Shown here: piece after piece, positions 1-13,380 of the stretch
Layout of the letters: each line of letters starts with the position of its first letter
How positions within the stretch are numbered: position 1 is the stretch's first letter
Assembly (NCBI RefSeq): GCF_001194135.2
Contig: NC_068989.1
Coordinates: 3,636,006-3,700,005, forward strand
Source: Octopus bimaculoides
Taxonomy: Eukaryota
DNA length: 64,000 nt
Reading direction: 5' to 3'
Notes under the pieces: generated by a model
Seen by the model: the letters and a program-made list of their open reading frames with translations, nothing else
The model's database searches: none
What the model was told of the DNA's origin: nothing
Made by a program: the position numbers and the translations under genes

Positions 1-13
1 CATGCTGATGCAC

Positions 14-82
<69 letters not shown>

Positions 83-398
83 AAAAGCTATATATATATA
101 TGTATACACACACATAGACGTACAAATCTATATAAACCCATTATTTAAAGTAACTAATTAGCTCGCTGAATCATTGATTGCAACAAAGGAGTGAGGATAT
201 AAAACAGAATCAGCAGGAAAAATGCTGCAAGTTATGCAGTTCCGGTGTCTACGTTTCCAGTGAAGCCAACCAAAAATATAGACGGCAGCAAGAATTCCTT
301 AAAGGAAATTCTAACGTTTTTCTCTCTTTTGCACTGCTGAGCATATTGACAAATTGCAGGTGATTAATATCTGACACAGCCTACTGAGGCGGGGGATA

Positions 399-600
399 AT
401 GGCGGTGGTGATGGCGGTGGGGATGATGGTGGAGGTGATGTTGGTGTTGTTGGTGATGATGATGATGACGATAATGCTGGTGATGATCATGATGAGCAAG
501 ATGATGACGATGATACTGATAATCATGATGGTGGTGATGACGACGACGACCACCACGAAGACGACGATGACGACAACGATGATGGTGATGCTGATGACGA
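399..600. repeat. Compound (GGT/GAT/GAC)n trinucleotide microsatellite
   Basis: Degenerate GAT/GGT/GAC runs; ORFs 311..556 and 399..740 are translations of this repeat. Confidence 0.9.
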
Positions 601-785
601 TATCTATCCCCCCTTATATTTATTTATTTATTTATTTACTTGTTTGTTTGTTTGTTTGTTTGTTATTTATTACGCCATGTTCCTGTTCTCACACTGGCAT
701 TTGTATATTTTCCCTTACACCATTGCTTTCAATTTTCTAAATCCATATTTCACTTCCTTCCATCGCACCCTCCTCATCGTCTCAT

Positions 786-1030
786 ATATGTATGTATGTA
801 TGCATGCATGTATGTATGTATGCATGTATGTATGTATGTATGTATGTATGTATGTATGTATGTATGCATGCATGTATGTATGTATGTATGTATGTATGTA
901 TGTATGCATGTATGTATGTATGTATGTATGTATGTATGTATGCATGCATGTATGTATGTATGTATGTATGTATGTATGTATGCATGCATGTATGTATGTA
1001 TGTATGTATGTATGTATGCATGTATGTATG
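786..1030. repeat. (ATGT)n tetranucleotide microsatellite with ATGC variants
   Basis: tatgtatgtatg array running into an N gap; (CA)n resumes at 1540. Confidence 0.95.
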
Positions 1031-1538
1031 NNNNNNNNNNNNNNNNNNNNNNNNNNNNNNNNNNNNNNNNNNNNNNNNNNNNNNNNNNNNNNNNNNNNNN
1101 NNNNNNNNNNNNNNNNNNNNNNNNNNNNNNNNNNNNNNNNNNNNNNNNNNNNNNNNNNNNNNNNNNNNNNNNNNNNNNNNNNNNNNNNNNNNNNNNNNNN
1201 NNNNNNNNNNNNNNNNNNNNNNNNNNNNNNNNNNNNNNNNNNNNNNNNNNNNNNNNNNNNNNNNNNNNNNNNNNNNNNNNNNNNNNNNNNNNNNNNNNNN
1301 NNNNNNNNNNNNNNNNNNNNNNNNNNNNNNNNNNNNNNNNNNNNNNNNNNNNNNNNNNNNNNNNNNNNNNNNNNNNNNNNNNNNNNNNNNNNNNNNNNNN
1401 NNNNNNNNNNNNNNNNNNNNNNNNNNNNNNNNNNNNNNNNNNNNNNNNNNNNNNNNNNNNNNNNNNNNNNNNNNNNNNNNNNNNNNNNNNNNNNNNNNNN
1501 NNNNNNNNNNNNNNNNNNNNNNNNNNNNNNNNNNNNNN

Positions 1539-1587
<49 letters not shown>

Positions 1588-1823
1588 CACACACGTATAT
1601 AATTATTTTTCTCTTATCGGCGGAAATGTACGGATGTGACTGAAGGACGGAGCGTGTCGTGGTTGGCAATTATCAAATATCTATATGCTTATTTATATGC
1701 ATGCACCCACACGCACACATGTACATACACACGGACACAGGCTCGTGCACATAAAGACATATAGGATTTAGGGATACATTTATATATGTATACACACAAG
1801 TACATAGAGGAACTTAAATTATT

Positions 1824-1864
1824 TATAGTCTGATGATGGTTTAGATGGCCGAAACGTCGAAGTT
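1824..1864 (+). ncRNA. Decayed minimal type I hammerhead ribozyme motif (PLE type)
   Basis: CTGATGA 1830-1836, one extra T, helix II GGTT/GGCC (two G-C, two G-U pairs), GAAA 1851-1854, CGTC (palindromic ACGU, GUC triplet); helix I does not pair well. Confidence 0.45.
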
Positions 1865-1967
1865 ACTGTTAATATTATTCTTCTTAAAGAATGATAAATT
1901 TGTTCTCTACGAAAAGTATTGTAAAATTGTTCAATTATGTAATATTGCTTCTATTACAACACAAATA

Positions 1968-2010
<43 letters not shown>

Positions 2011-2244
2011 NNNNNNNNNNNNNNNNNNNNNNNNNNNNNNNNNNNNNNNNNNNNNNNNNNNNNNNNNNNNNNNNNNNNNNNNNNNNNNNNNNNNNNNNNN
2101 NNNNNNNNNNNNNNNNNNNNNNNNNNNNNNNNNNNNNNNNNNNNNNNNNNNNNNNNNNNNNNNNNNNNNNNNNNNNNNNNNNNNNNNNNNNNNNNNNNNN
2201 NNNNNNNNNNNNNNNNNNNNNNNNNNNNNNNNNNNNNNNNNNNN

Positions 2245-2304
<60 letters not shown>

Positions 2305-2845
2305 GGGGGAAAGAGATTTAGACTGAGAGAGAAAGACAGAGAAAGAACGAGGTTGTGAAAACTGGGAGAATACGGCAATTGTCGTATGATGCACGTAGTT
2401 ATTTATGTCCATGAATTCGTACATGTGTATGTGTGTGAGTTTGTATGCGTGTGTACGTGTGTTTATGTATTTGTGTCTGTATGTGTGAGTGTGTGATATA
2501 GCTAAATATGTAGATACAGAATTACACAGCTGACATGATCACACAAACTCATTCACGAAAGCATTGTAAAATGTTGCGTATGTTGAGTAAAATAGAAGAG
2601 AGAAATAAATAGTTGTGTACATACATACATACATACATACATACATTTCTCTGTTTTTCCCGTCCTTATTTTCGTATACATTTGCTGCTTTCTTCCAAGG
2701 AATCTAGTGCTCTGAGCTCAGTTTTTCGTTGGCGCTGGCCAGATTGGAGCAATCTTGTGTATAACCAGCTGAAATTGCAAAGATAATCTGGAACTTTACG
2801 GAGGAAAGAAAACTCTGAATGACCCATCCTTGTTTATTCTTGCCC

Positions 2846-2982
2846 CTTTCAGTTCCAGTCTATCAAATCTACTCACAAAGCTTTGGTCGAAAACACTTGT
2901 CCAACATGTCATGTAGTGGAACTGAACCTGGGACTCTGTAGTTTGGGACAAAACTTCTTACTACACAGTCACGCCTGCGCCT
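2846..2982 (-). mobile_element. SINE family A, 5' part (tRNA-derived head)
   Basis: Similar to the head half of the full copy at 61340-61752; abuts and truncates the PLE ORF. Confidence 0.8.
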
Positions 2983-2990
2983 GCGATAAT

Positions 2991-4380
2991 ACCAGTTTTA
3001 CAACGGAACTGTTTTCTAAGTCTTTAGTTCTGCAACTTCCTCTAATGAAACCATTACAACTAGTATATTACGTACGTAACTGGTGTACTTTATGTGTTTA
3101 TATTTTGGCATTATCCTGTTCTCAATTGTGGATTAATAGAATGTTGCAAACGTAGGTCCTAAGGCGGAGCCCATGGCCACTCCATCTGTTATATATTTCT
3201 ATAAATTTCCTTGTGGGTAGCCAAAAGGCTGTTCAGTTCTTCACATCGTAATTACTTTTTTAAATAAGTTTGTTGCTATCGCAGGCGACTTTCTTTTTGG
3301 ATATTTATATAGCTTCTCTATCGCTTATGGCACTAAGACATCTGTAAACTAACTTTCTGCTTCTAATGTGGAGATGGTAACTATTGTATCTGTTTCTTCA
3401 TAAATCTGTACACGTTCCTCAGATAAGACTATATTAATACGAACAGTATTATTTGATATCATTATTGTCTATTTGTTCGGCGATTGCATGAATGGGTCTA
3501 TTTATTTGAGATATTATGGGTCCACACACACACGCACACACACACACACACATAGTTAATTAAATAAATGAAAAGAAAAACACAACAATGGGAGTAGATA
3601 TCACATGCAAAGTGTTAATAAGACGCTCAGAGAAGGAAAAGAGTGGTTGTTTTAAGTTTCGGGGAGAAATCTCCCCCAATGCGGTGATTCTATGTGTGTA
3701 TCTATTGTTGTAATTAGTTTTTCTGAGTATTAACTTTTGTATCACATTCGTTTCTATTCCTGATTACACGCATCAATTTTGTCAATCTTTCAAACTTATG
3801 TTATTGTTATCGTTTTAAGTCTTGCAGTGTCTTTTTAAAGATTTTTTTTTTTACCTATTATTCGATTGTTATTTTATAGAACCCTATTTTTGTTACATTC
3901 ACCATAAAATAAGTCTCCAAGTTTATCATTAATATTTATGAAATTTCTGTCTTTCACAGGATATTAAATTGGTTTCAATCATTTTTCATGTTTTGTTCAT
4001 AATTATGTTGCAGGTAGGAGTTGACACCAAGTTAAGGATTGCAATAGGGTTGGTGCTAAGTGTTTGCTTTGGTACGTAGATGAATTTATCATCTTGTGGG
4101 CATAGAAAGATTTTCATTTTGCCTGTCTTGTTTAGCTTCTTTAAGCTGTATTTAATGCATGCAGAGAAAGTACTTTGTGATATATGGAGAGCTGTTCCAA
4201 CATTCTTTAATAAAATTTTATCACATTCTTATCAATTTCTTTCTTTAACAGTAAAATTTTGGCTTCTGTATTTCCAATCTCTTCAGTTGATCAACGGATT
4301 TTCCGTTGAATCATTTTTTTCCGGAATTCTGTCGTACAATTTTCGTTTTATACTCTGCAATTTTATGTTGGTATAAATAA
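2991..4380 (-). mobile_element. Penelope-like retroelement remnant (N-terminal region and RT), many stops and frameshifts
   Basis: Manual minus-strand translation: GPIISQINRPIHAIAEQID (about 3523-3467), TLEAES*FTDV (cf. SLDVESLFTNV), TEQPFGYPQGNL*KYITDGVAMGSALGPTFATFY (3186-3151 = DGVAMGSALGPT), decayed YVDD region YTSYVRNILVV, LENSSVVK; upstream LNL(G)VNSYLQ-like N-terminal motif near 4030. Interrupted by (CA)n at 3523-3551. Confidence 0.85.
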
Positions 4381-4822
4381 AAAACAACAATGTTTTATGC
4401 ATGCTTCTCCCTCATCTCAACACACACTCTGTATAGCTATCCATTTACCTTTATATATATATTGGCATTTACCTCAACGTAATAATGCATGATTCTGTGC
4501 AACGCTTGGAGTATTCTGAGCAAAGCACTCACTAATTTTTTAAAATGTAGAAAAGTGTTTATGAAATATAGAAAATAATAGATACAAATTTCATGTGATT
4601 CCCAAAGTTCTGCGATAATAAAATCAACAAGAAATTCGTTTAAAAATAACTAAAAAAATATAAGTTTCGTGCTCACCTACGGCGTGTATATGTATGTATA
4701 TATAATATATAAAAATACACACATATACATACATACATATATATATATGTATATGTGTATGTATATCTATATCTATATATACATGCATACATACATATAT
4801 ATATATGTGTGTGTGTGTGTGT

Positions 4823-4863
<41 letters not shown>

Positions 4864-4949
4864 AACATATGTGTCTACCTTTCTGTCGCTGTATTTATAT
4901 TAATGTCTATTTTTTCATACATATTGTAACCGAAAGTTGCCTCAATTTT

Positions 4950-5013
<64 letters not shown>

Positions 5014-5623
5014 CATATATACATACATATATATATATATGTATACATGAATATTATATAATATAATGTATAACAAAAGTTATAAACGATATATGATTTT
5101 AGAAGTCTTTGTGTTTTTTTTTATATTAACGAAACTCTCATTTTCTTAATTCAGAATATATACGAAGAGAACAAAAACAGCATCAACAACAACAACAACA
5201 ACATTAACAAACAGAATAGCAGCAAAAACTTAAATAAAAACAAACGAACGACAATCAATCAATAAATAAATAAAACTATTTAAAATATATAGGAAATCAA
5301 TAAATTAAAAAATAGATAAAAAAAATCAATAGAAAATAAAAAAAAGACGATAATAAAATTATATGGAATTGGAACAGATCGCTTCCACTGCAAAAGGCAT
5401 ATGTAAGAAATCAACCCATATTTGATCAAAGAAGCGGAACAGAACGCTGCAAGTCTGCTAGACGGTCGAGAATTAAGGATGGATCTTAACGCAATTTTCT
5501 CCTTCGACGAAATTTTAGATCAAATGAGTTTTCTATCGATTTGCCTGCCAAGACACAAGCGAACTAGAAAGCTTGCTAGCATGCTTACTCACACACACAC
5601 ACACATACACACACACACACACA

Positions 5624-5820
<197 letters not shown>

Positions 5821-7359
5821 ATATATGAGTATGCATATATTTGTCTATGTATTTTTAATATATATAATTGCACGCGTGCCTTCAAGTACACACACACATA
5901 CTTATATATATACATAGCTGTAAGTATACATACATACATACATACATACATATATTCGCTGGGTTTTTTTTTCACTTTGTGAATGTGAATGTAGCCATTT
6001 CAGATTTTACGGTCTTACGTCAGGAGTGTGCTCAGCCAATCGAAAGAAAGCATTGCTCCGTGTCACTTCTGCACAGCAATTCATTGACTTTCCCCAGCCA
6101 CTTTCTTTCTCAACGTTGTGGATTCAAAAGTTTTCCATGTATGCATGCCTGGAAGTTTATGCATGTTTATATAACTAATGTATGTTCGTGTACCTTTACA
6201 TAAATATCCAATCACGCAAGCGCGCATACACATATTTATATATATACCAACTCATTAATAGCTATGTGAACACGTATGCATATATACAAATATATAAATA
6301 ATTTGATAGATAGAAAAATAAGATGCATACCCACATACACATATACACGTATTTTGTATTTATATTATTTATAGTAATGAAAATGGTTTCATATTTTCAT
6401 AAGCTTCTCCTCATATCAGTACAATTAATTTTCCCATTATCTCCCCTTTCTTCGTTCTCTACCACAACTGGGATTAATCCAAAGTTGACTTTGCAACCAT
6501 GTCCAATATTATTTTGAATTTTAATATTTCTCTCTCTGTAAATACACACATACATACATACATACATACATACACATATATGCATATATGCATATATATA
6601 TATATATATNNNNNNNNNNNNNNNNNNNNNNNNNNNNNNNNNNNNNNNNNNNNNNNNNNNNNNNNNNNNNNNNNNNNNNNNNNNNNNNNNNNNNNNNNNN
6701 NNNNNNNNNNNNNNNNNNNNNNNNNNNNNNNNNNNNNNNNNNNNNNNNNNNNNNNNNNNNNNNNNNNNNNNNNNNNNNNNNNNNNNNNNNNNNNNNNNNN
6801 NNNNNNNNNNNNNNNNNNNNNNNNNNNNNNNNNNNNNNNNNNNNNNNNNNNNNNNNNNNNNNNNNNNNNNNNNNNNNNNNNNNNNNNNNNNNNNNNNNNN
6901 NNNNNNNNNNNNNNNNNNNNNNNNNNNNNNNNNNNNNNNNNNNNNNNNNNNNNNNNNNNNNNNNNNNNNNNNNNNNNNNNNNNNNNNNNNNNNNNNNNNN
7001 NNNNNNNNNNNNNNNNNNNNNNNNNNNNNNNNNNNNNNNNNNNNNNNNNNNNNNNNNNNNNNNNNNNNNNNNNNNNNNNNNNNNNNNNNNNNNNNNNNNN
7101 NNNNNNNNNNNNNNNNNNNNNNNNNNNNNNNNNNNNNNNNNNNNNNNNNNNNNNNNNNNNNNNNNNNNNNNNNNNNNNNNNNNNNNNNNNNNNNNNNNNN
7201 NNNNNNNNNNNNNNNNNNNNNNNNNNNNNNNNNNNNNNNNNNNNNNNNNNNNNNNNNNNNNNNNNNNNNNNNNNNNNNNNNNNNNNNNNNNNNNNNNNNN
7301 NNNNNNNNNNNNNNNNNNNNNNNNNGTTCTATCGTGTAAAAAGTGTGTGTGTGTGTGTT

Positions 7360-7391
<32 letters not shown>

Positions 7392-7899
7392 GGGAGAGAG
7401 AGAGAGGGAGAGAGAGAAAGAGAGGAGGGAGAAAGGGAAAAGACTTGTTAACTGACGGAGAAAGAAATACAGAGCTTCGGTTATGAGAGAGAGAAGGAGT
7501 GAAAGTAAGAGACAAAGAGGAACGAAGCAACACGAAGAAAGGAAGACTCAAAGAGAAAGAAGGAGATAACTAGAGATAATAGCAAGACGGTGAATGCAAT
7601 CTAAAACAATGCCCTGGTTATCGTCTGCTTTATCCATTCCCCCCTCATTATCATTCTTGACTAGATTACATCTCAGTAATATTTTGATATAAATCCAGTT
7701 GTAGACGTAATCATATTTAATCTGCACCCAATAGATTTGACAATCCTGTACATTAATCCGAACCATTAGAGAGATTATACTTTCGTTTGGCCGGGCTTCG
7801 GGCTGAAATTTGTGTTAATTCTGCGTTGATAAGAAATCACAACTTAATCCAACTTAGGACGGAGATTACACGTTGTAACATCACAACCGGAATAATAAC

Positions 7900-7958
7900 A
7901 CAAACAGCAACAACAACGTCACAACAAGAATAACAATGAAACAACAACAACGATGATG

Positions 7959-8014
<56 letters not shown>

Positions 8015-8080
8015 CATACTTGATCATTACATCCACAGGATTTTACAGTTTTCATAATAATAATAATAACAATAATAATA

Positions 8081-8124
<44 letters not shown>

Positions 8125-8510
8125 AATAATAACAACACATAATTAATTTATTCATTATCATCATCACCATCATAAGAATCATTATTGTCATTGTCATCAC
8201 CATCATCATCATCATCATCATCCTCATCACATCCGCCGGGATAATAATTGTGCGGCGTTAGTCTAATGCTACAGTTAACCAAATACCATCCTCTTGTTGT
8301 TGTTCTTCTTCTTCTCCTCCTCCTCCTCCTCCCCTTCTCCTTCTTCGCCTCCTCCTCCTCCTCTTCCTCGTTGTTGTTGTTGTTGTTGTTGTTGTCCTTC
8401 TTCTTCTTCTTCTCCCCTCCTCCTCCTCCCCCCCTCCTCCTTCTTCTTCTTCTTCTTCTTCTTCTTCTTCTTCTTCTTCTTCTTCTTCTTCTTCTTCTTC
8501 TTCTTCTTCC
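7900..8510. repeat. Cluster of trinucleotide microsatellites (AAC, AAT, GAT, CAT, CCT, GTT, CTT)
   Basis: Successive pure triplet runs; homopolymeric peptides in the ORF track. Confidence 0.95.
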
Positions 8511-8644
8511 CTATATTATCATCAAGTCCTGAACATTTCCATATCAGTTCCTACTGCAAAATCTTTGTTAGTTCCCCCACATGGATGATTTGCCCAGATT
8601 ACATTTTCAGTCTGGACAACCATTTACCAAATTATTGTGGTCAG

Positions 8645-8712
8645 ATCGTATGCTTATCGTATGCTTATCGTATGCTTATAGTATGCTTATCGTATATATT
8701 ATATGCTTATAG
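8645..8712. repeat. 11-bp minisatellite (ATCGTATGCTT)n, about 5-6 copies
   Basis: atcgtatgctt atcgtatgctt atcgtatgctt atagtatgctt atcgtat... Confidence 0.9.
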
Positions 8713-9553
8713 TATCTCTGTTTCCAGGTTAAAGTGTTGGCCATATTGCTAAGTGGAAACACCTACTTATTCAATCGTATCAACAGAGACACTCTGACTT
8801 TGTAAAGACCCGGCTGCTGAAAATGATGTGATTAACTGTTATATTTTGCTTGTCGCATAGTCTATCGTTGTTGTTAGCATATATTTCCCTCATTGGGCCA
8901 TTTTCATGAAAGTTCGCCCTGTCACATCCTCTTCCCGCTATGGCGGGAATAAAATAAACGTCATCGCTGCCGGAATCCCGCTAAAACGCTAATAAACAAC
9001 ACGCATTGAAAAGGAGATGGTGCTGGTTCTGTCCATTTGTTTGTCTGTGAACTCTTTATTGTTTTGCTCAGGAACCCAGGGAAAAGATAAAGTTAGACAC
9101 AGGGACTCGGTCTGAGAGGATTAAGATTTTCAAAAAGTCTTAGAATGTCCAGAATAATCACTATATACCTATAAAGATATGTTGAAATGGTTGACTTTTG
9201 ACTAGATATCGATGTAGGGACAATTTCTTCTACGTCTAAACTATTTAGAAAACGGAGAAAATATTTGTCCTGTAAACGTTGCATCCATTTTTGTCAGGAA
9301 AATAACATCAGGTAAATGAGAATTGTGATCATAGTCATTATTGTCCAGCAAACTCATTAGCTTTTTTGAAGTTCCAAGGTTAATGCAAATAAACATCATG
9401 AGGTTTTATATACAGCTCTGCAGAAATTCCAAAGAATTAGCAGGAAATATTTTCAGATGAAAAACGTTATTTTCTGCGATGTCAAGTACGTCACATCTTT
9501 TGGATCCTCATCGAAAAAAATTCCAGGTAAAAAAAGTTTTGTTTAATACTTAC

Positions 9554-9571
9554 CTGGGTAGTCAAACTTTA
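9554..9571 (-). CDS. Candidate 18-nt microexon of an unidentified host gene; peptide (V/I/L)KFDYP in phase 1
   Basis: Minus strand: TTTTTTTCTTTTACTTTCACAG | TAAAGTTTGACTACCCAG | GTAAGT; only the phase-1 frame is stop-free. Confidence 0.4.
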
Positions 9572-10309
9572 CTGTGAAAGTAAAAGAAAAAAATCACTGA
9601 TGCAAGCATGGCTGTGTAATAAGAATATAGAAGCGAGATATCTGGAGTGTGTGATGTCTAGAAAATAAACAGCTGTATATAACAACGCATAACAGGCTGG
9701 TCTGTGGTTAAAAGTTTCAGCTCGCGACTACGTTTCATGTAATTCCATCTGCTGCTCATCGGTACACTGAAGATGGCTCACACTGTACATGTGACACAAT
9801 AAACACTGCACAACATATTTCATACACAACACCGTACAGAGCACCACACAACTCCACATACTGTTTACAATATACTGTGTATGCAAGTCACTCCACATCA
9901 CATATTGACCATGTTTCTTACATATGTATAACGTGCACCAAACAATACACAAGGCATACTACGGTATACACACACATGCACTCACAAATATACGTATGCA
10001 CACACACTTCACGACCCACGACACACAACTTTTGTCGCATAAGACACATTAAGTACACACACACACGTGCGCGCGCGCGCACATACACTCACACTATACT
10101 GCATACGCACTCACATGCATACATATACACACAATCACACATATTCACATACACAATGCACACACACATCACGATATACACCACACCACACACTCTACAT
10201 CAGCTACAGTATAACGCAACACTCAACCACGACTCCACTTTATACACCCTGCTTACATACACTTTGTACAGTCACACAGACAGGATACACATCACATACA
10301 CCTGCACGT

Positions 10310-10560
10310 GTACACACATATCTCATAAACATACACACACACACATCATGTAAACATAGAGACACACACGCACACACATCTCATAAACACACACAAACAT
10401 CACGTAAACATAGATACACACCCATCACACAAATACACACACACACGCTTATACACATCTCATAAACATACGCACACATCACGTAAACATACACACACAC
10501 ATACACACACACACATCTCATAAACATACACACGTAAACATAGATACACACACACACACA
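10310..10560. repeat. CA-rich minisatellite with recurring CATCTCATAAACA / CATCACGTAAACA motifs
   Basis: Alternating motifs repeated about 4 times inside (CA)-derived sequence. Confidence 0.75.
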
Positions 10561-10663
10561 CCGAATCTTCCCCTCTAAAAATAGAATCAATCATTATATT
10601 ACAGTGGAGTTTCTAATTTACCTAACACTTGCAACATTTTTCTTTTGTCTTCTCAATCCGGAT

Positions 10664-10671
10664 GTAGCAGC

Positions 10672-10706
<35 letters not shown>

Positions 10707-10719
10707 CAGCAGTAGTAGT

Positions 10720-10763
<44 letters not shown>

Positions 10764-10971
10764 TAATTCTTCCTCTTCTTTCTTCTTTCTCTTGCTTTCA
10801 TCTGTTTCACCATCACCACCAACGTTATCAACTCCATTATCATCATCATCATCGTCAACAACTTCGTCATTATCAACATCATCATAACAGCCATCGCCCC
10901 CACCAGCACCAACACCAGCACCATCATCATCGTCATCATCATCATCATCATCGTCATCATCATCATCATCA

Positions 10972-11002
<31 letters not shown>

Positions 11003-11175
11003 CATCATCATCATCATCATCATNNNNNNNNNNAACTCCATTATCATCATCATCATCGTCAACAACTTCGTCATTATCAACATCATCATAACAGCCATCG
11101 CCCCCACCAGCACCAACACCAGCACCATCATCATCGTCATCATCATCATCATCATCGTCATCATCATCATCATCA

Positions 11176-11206
<31 letters not shown>

Positions 11207-11954
11207 CATCATCATCATCATCATCATCACCAGACTCCTCTTCGTATTTCACTCCAATTAGTGCTGTTCCGAAGTGTTTAATTAAATTAATAGCATAGGA
11301 GGACATACGGAAGGTAAGGTGAGAGGGAGAGCATAAAGGACGATTATTGCCGCGATGACGACGACGACGACGACGACGACGATGAGGATAATTGCAGCAG
11401 TAATACAATGACGATGACGATGACGATGATGATGATGGCGATGATGACGATGATGACGATGATGATGATAACGATGGTGATGATAGTGATTGCCGATGGT
11501 ATGGACGATGACGAGACAGCAGTGGTAGTAGTGTTGTCAGTGGTGTTTCTGTTCATGGTAACGTCGGTAGTTTCGGCGATGGTTCCGCTGGCGGTGGTAG
11601 TAATGGCTGCAGTCGGTTAGTGGTACGTTGGTGGTTGCCGCTGGTGGCAGCACAGCATTCTCTTGATGTTGGTTAAGTGGCAATTACAGCGATGATGGCG
11701 AAAGTGGTAATGGAAGCGGTAGACGTTGGTGGCGAGGGTTGAAGTCTTTGCTGGTGGTGGTGGTGGTGGTAGTGGTGGTGGTGGTGGTGGTGGTGGTGGT
11801 GNNNNNNNNNNNNNNNNNNNNNNNNNNNNNNNNNNNNNNNNNNNNNNNNNNNNNNNNNNNNNNNNNNNNNNNNNNNNNNNNNNNNNNNNNNNNNNNNNNN
11901 NNNNNNNNNNNNNNNNNNNNNNNNNNNNNNNNNNNNNNNNNNNNNNNNNNNNAG

Positions 11955-11990
<36 letters not shown>

Positions 11991-12294
11991 CAATAATAAT
12001 AATAATGATGATGATAATAATGACGATGATGATGATGATGATGGTAATGATGATGATGGTGTTGATGATGATGGTGATGGTGGTGGTGGTGGTGACGGTG
12101 ATGATGGTGATAGTTATAGTGTTGGTGATGATGATGATGATGACGACGACGATGGTAATAGTGATGATGATAATGATGGCGATGATGATGGTGGTAGTGG
12201 TAGTGGAGGTGGTGATGCTGATGCTGGTGATGGTGGTTGTATTGGGTGGTGGTGGTGGTGGTGATGATGATGAAAGCGATGATGGTAATGATGA

Positions 12295-12331
<37 letters not shown>

Positions 12332-12365
12332 AGTGTCGGTGATGACGTTGACGATGGTGGTCATG
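10664..12365. repeat. Long compound trinucleotide block (AGT/AGC, CAT/CGT, GAT/GAC, GGT)
   Basis: Triplet runs throughout; 10834-11023 is duplicated at 11034-11223 across a 10-N gap. Confidence 0.95.
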
Positions 12366-12646
12366 GTAATTGTTTGGTCTCTGTTCGACGCACAGATGCC
12401 ATGTCTTTTTAAAATTAATTTAGAAACCGACTGAGTTCAGTTTCCAGCTTAGTCCCCCTCCTCCCCACCATAACCTAATTATTCAGCCAATTCCTATCAC
12501 ACTTCCAGTCATTGTTTTTCGCACATTTCATTTTTCAAACACAATGAAATGATACAAAGAGAAGAAGCGAACATCCGAGGAAGACGCTGTGGTGAAAATA
12601 GAAGTTCTAGTTTGTGATTTTTGCCGCTAAGATGTTGTGGTGTACG

Positions 12647-12697
<51 letters not shown>

Positions 12698-13188
12698 NNN
12701 NNNNNNNNNNNNNNNNNNNNNNNNNNNNNNNNNNNNNNNNNNNNNNNNNNNNNNNNNNNNNNNNNNNNNNNNNNNNNNNNNNNNNNNNNNNNNNNNNNNN
12801 NNNNNNNNNNNNNNNNNNNNNNNNNNNNNNNNNNNNNNNNNNNNNNNNNNNNNNNNNNNNNNNNNNNNNNNNNNNNNNNNNNNNNNNNNNNNNNNNNNNN
12901 NNNNNNNNNNNNNNNNNNNNNNNNNNNNNNNNNNNNNNNNNNNNNNNNNNNNNNNNNNNNNNNNNNNNNNNNNNNNNNNNNNNNNNNNNNNNNNNNNNNN
13001 NNNNNNNNNNNNNNNNNNNNNNNNNNNNNNNNNNNNNNNNNNNNNNNNNNNNNNNNNNNNNNNNNNNNNNNNNNNNNNNNNNNNNNNNNNNNNNNNNNNN
13101 NNNNNNNNNNNNNNNNNNNNNNNNNNNNNNNNNNNNNNNNNNNNNNNNNNNNNNNNNNNNNNNNNNNNNNNNNNNNNNNNNNNNNNNN

Positions 13189-13244
<56 letters not shown>

Positions 13245-13261
13245 GTATTTAGTATTTATAC

Positions 13262-13380
13262 CACGGGCTTTCGCAGAGTTTCTGTGCGATAGAATCACTC
13301 ACAAGACATTGGTCAGTCCAGGGTTGAAGTAGAAGAGACTTGCCCAAGGTGCCACGCAGTGGGACAGAAACCGGAACCGC
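13262..13380 (-). mobile_element. SINE family A fragment
   Basis: cactcacaagacattggtc...acttgcccaaggtgccacgcagtgggac...ccggaacc matches the family A head/body. Confidence 0.8.

Noticed and set aside
9206-9526. Two plus-strand exon-like segments (9206-9311 and 9457-9526)
   Set aside because: Phases are incompatible (joining them gives an immediate TGA), acceptors are weak and peptides unrecognised.
8294-12412. Poly-His, poly-Asp, poly-Ser or reflectin-like low-complexity proteins
   Set aside because: Pure triplet repeats open in several frames and both strands, with no splice or codon structure.
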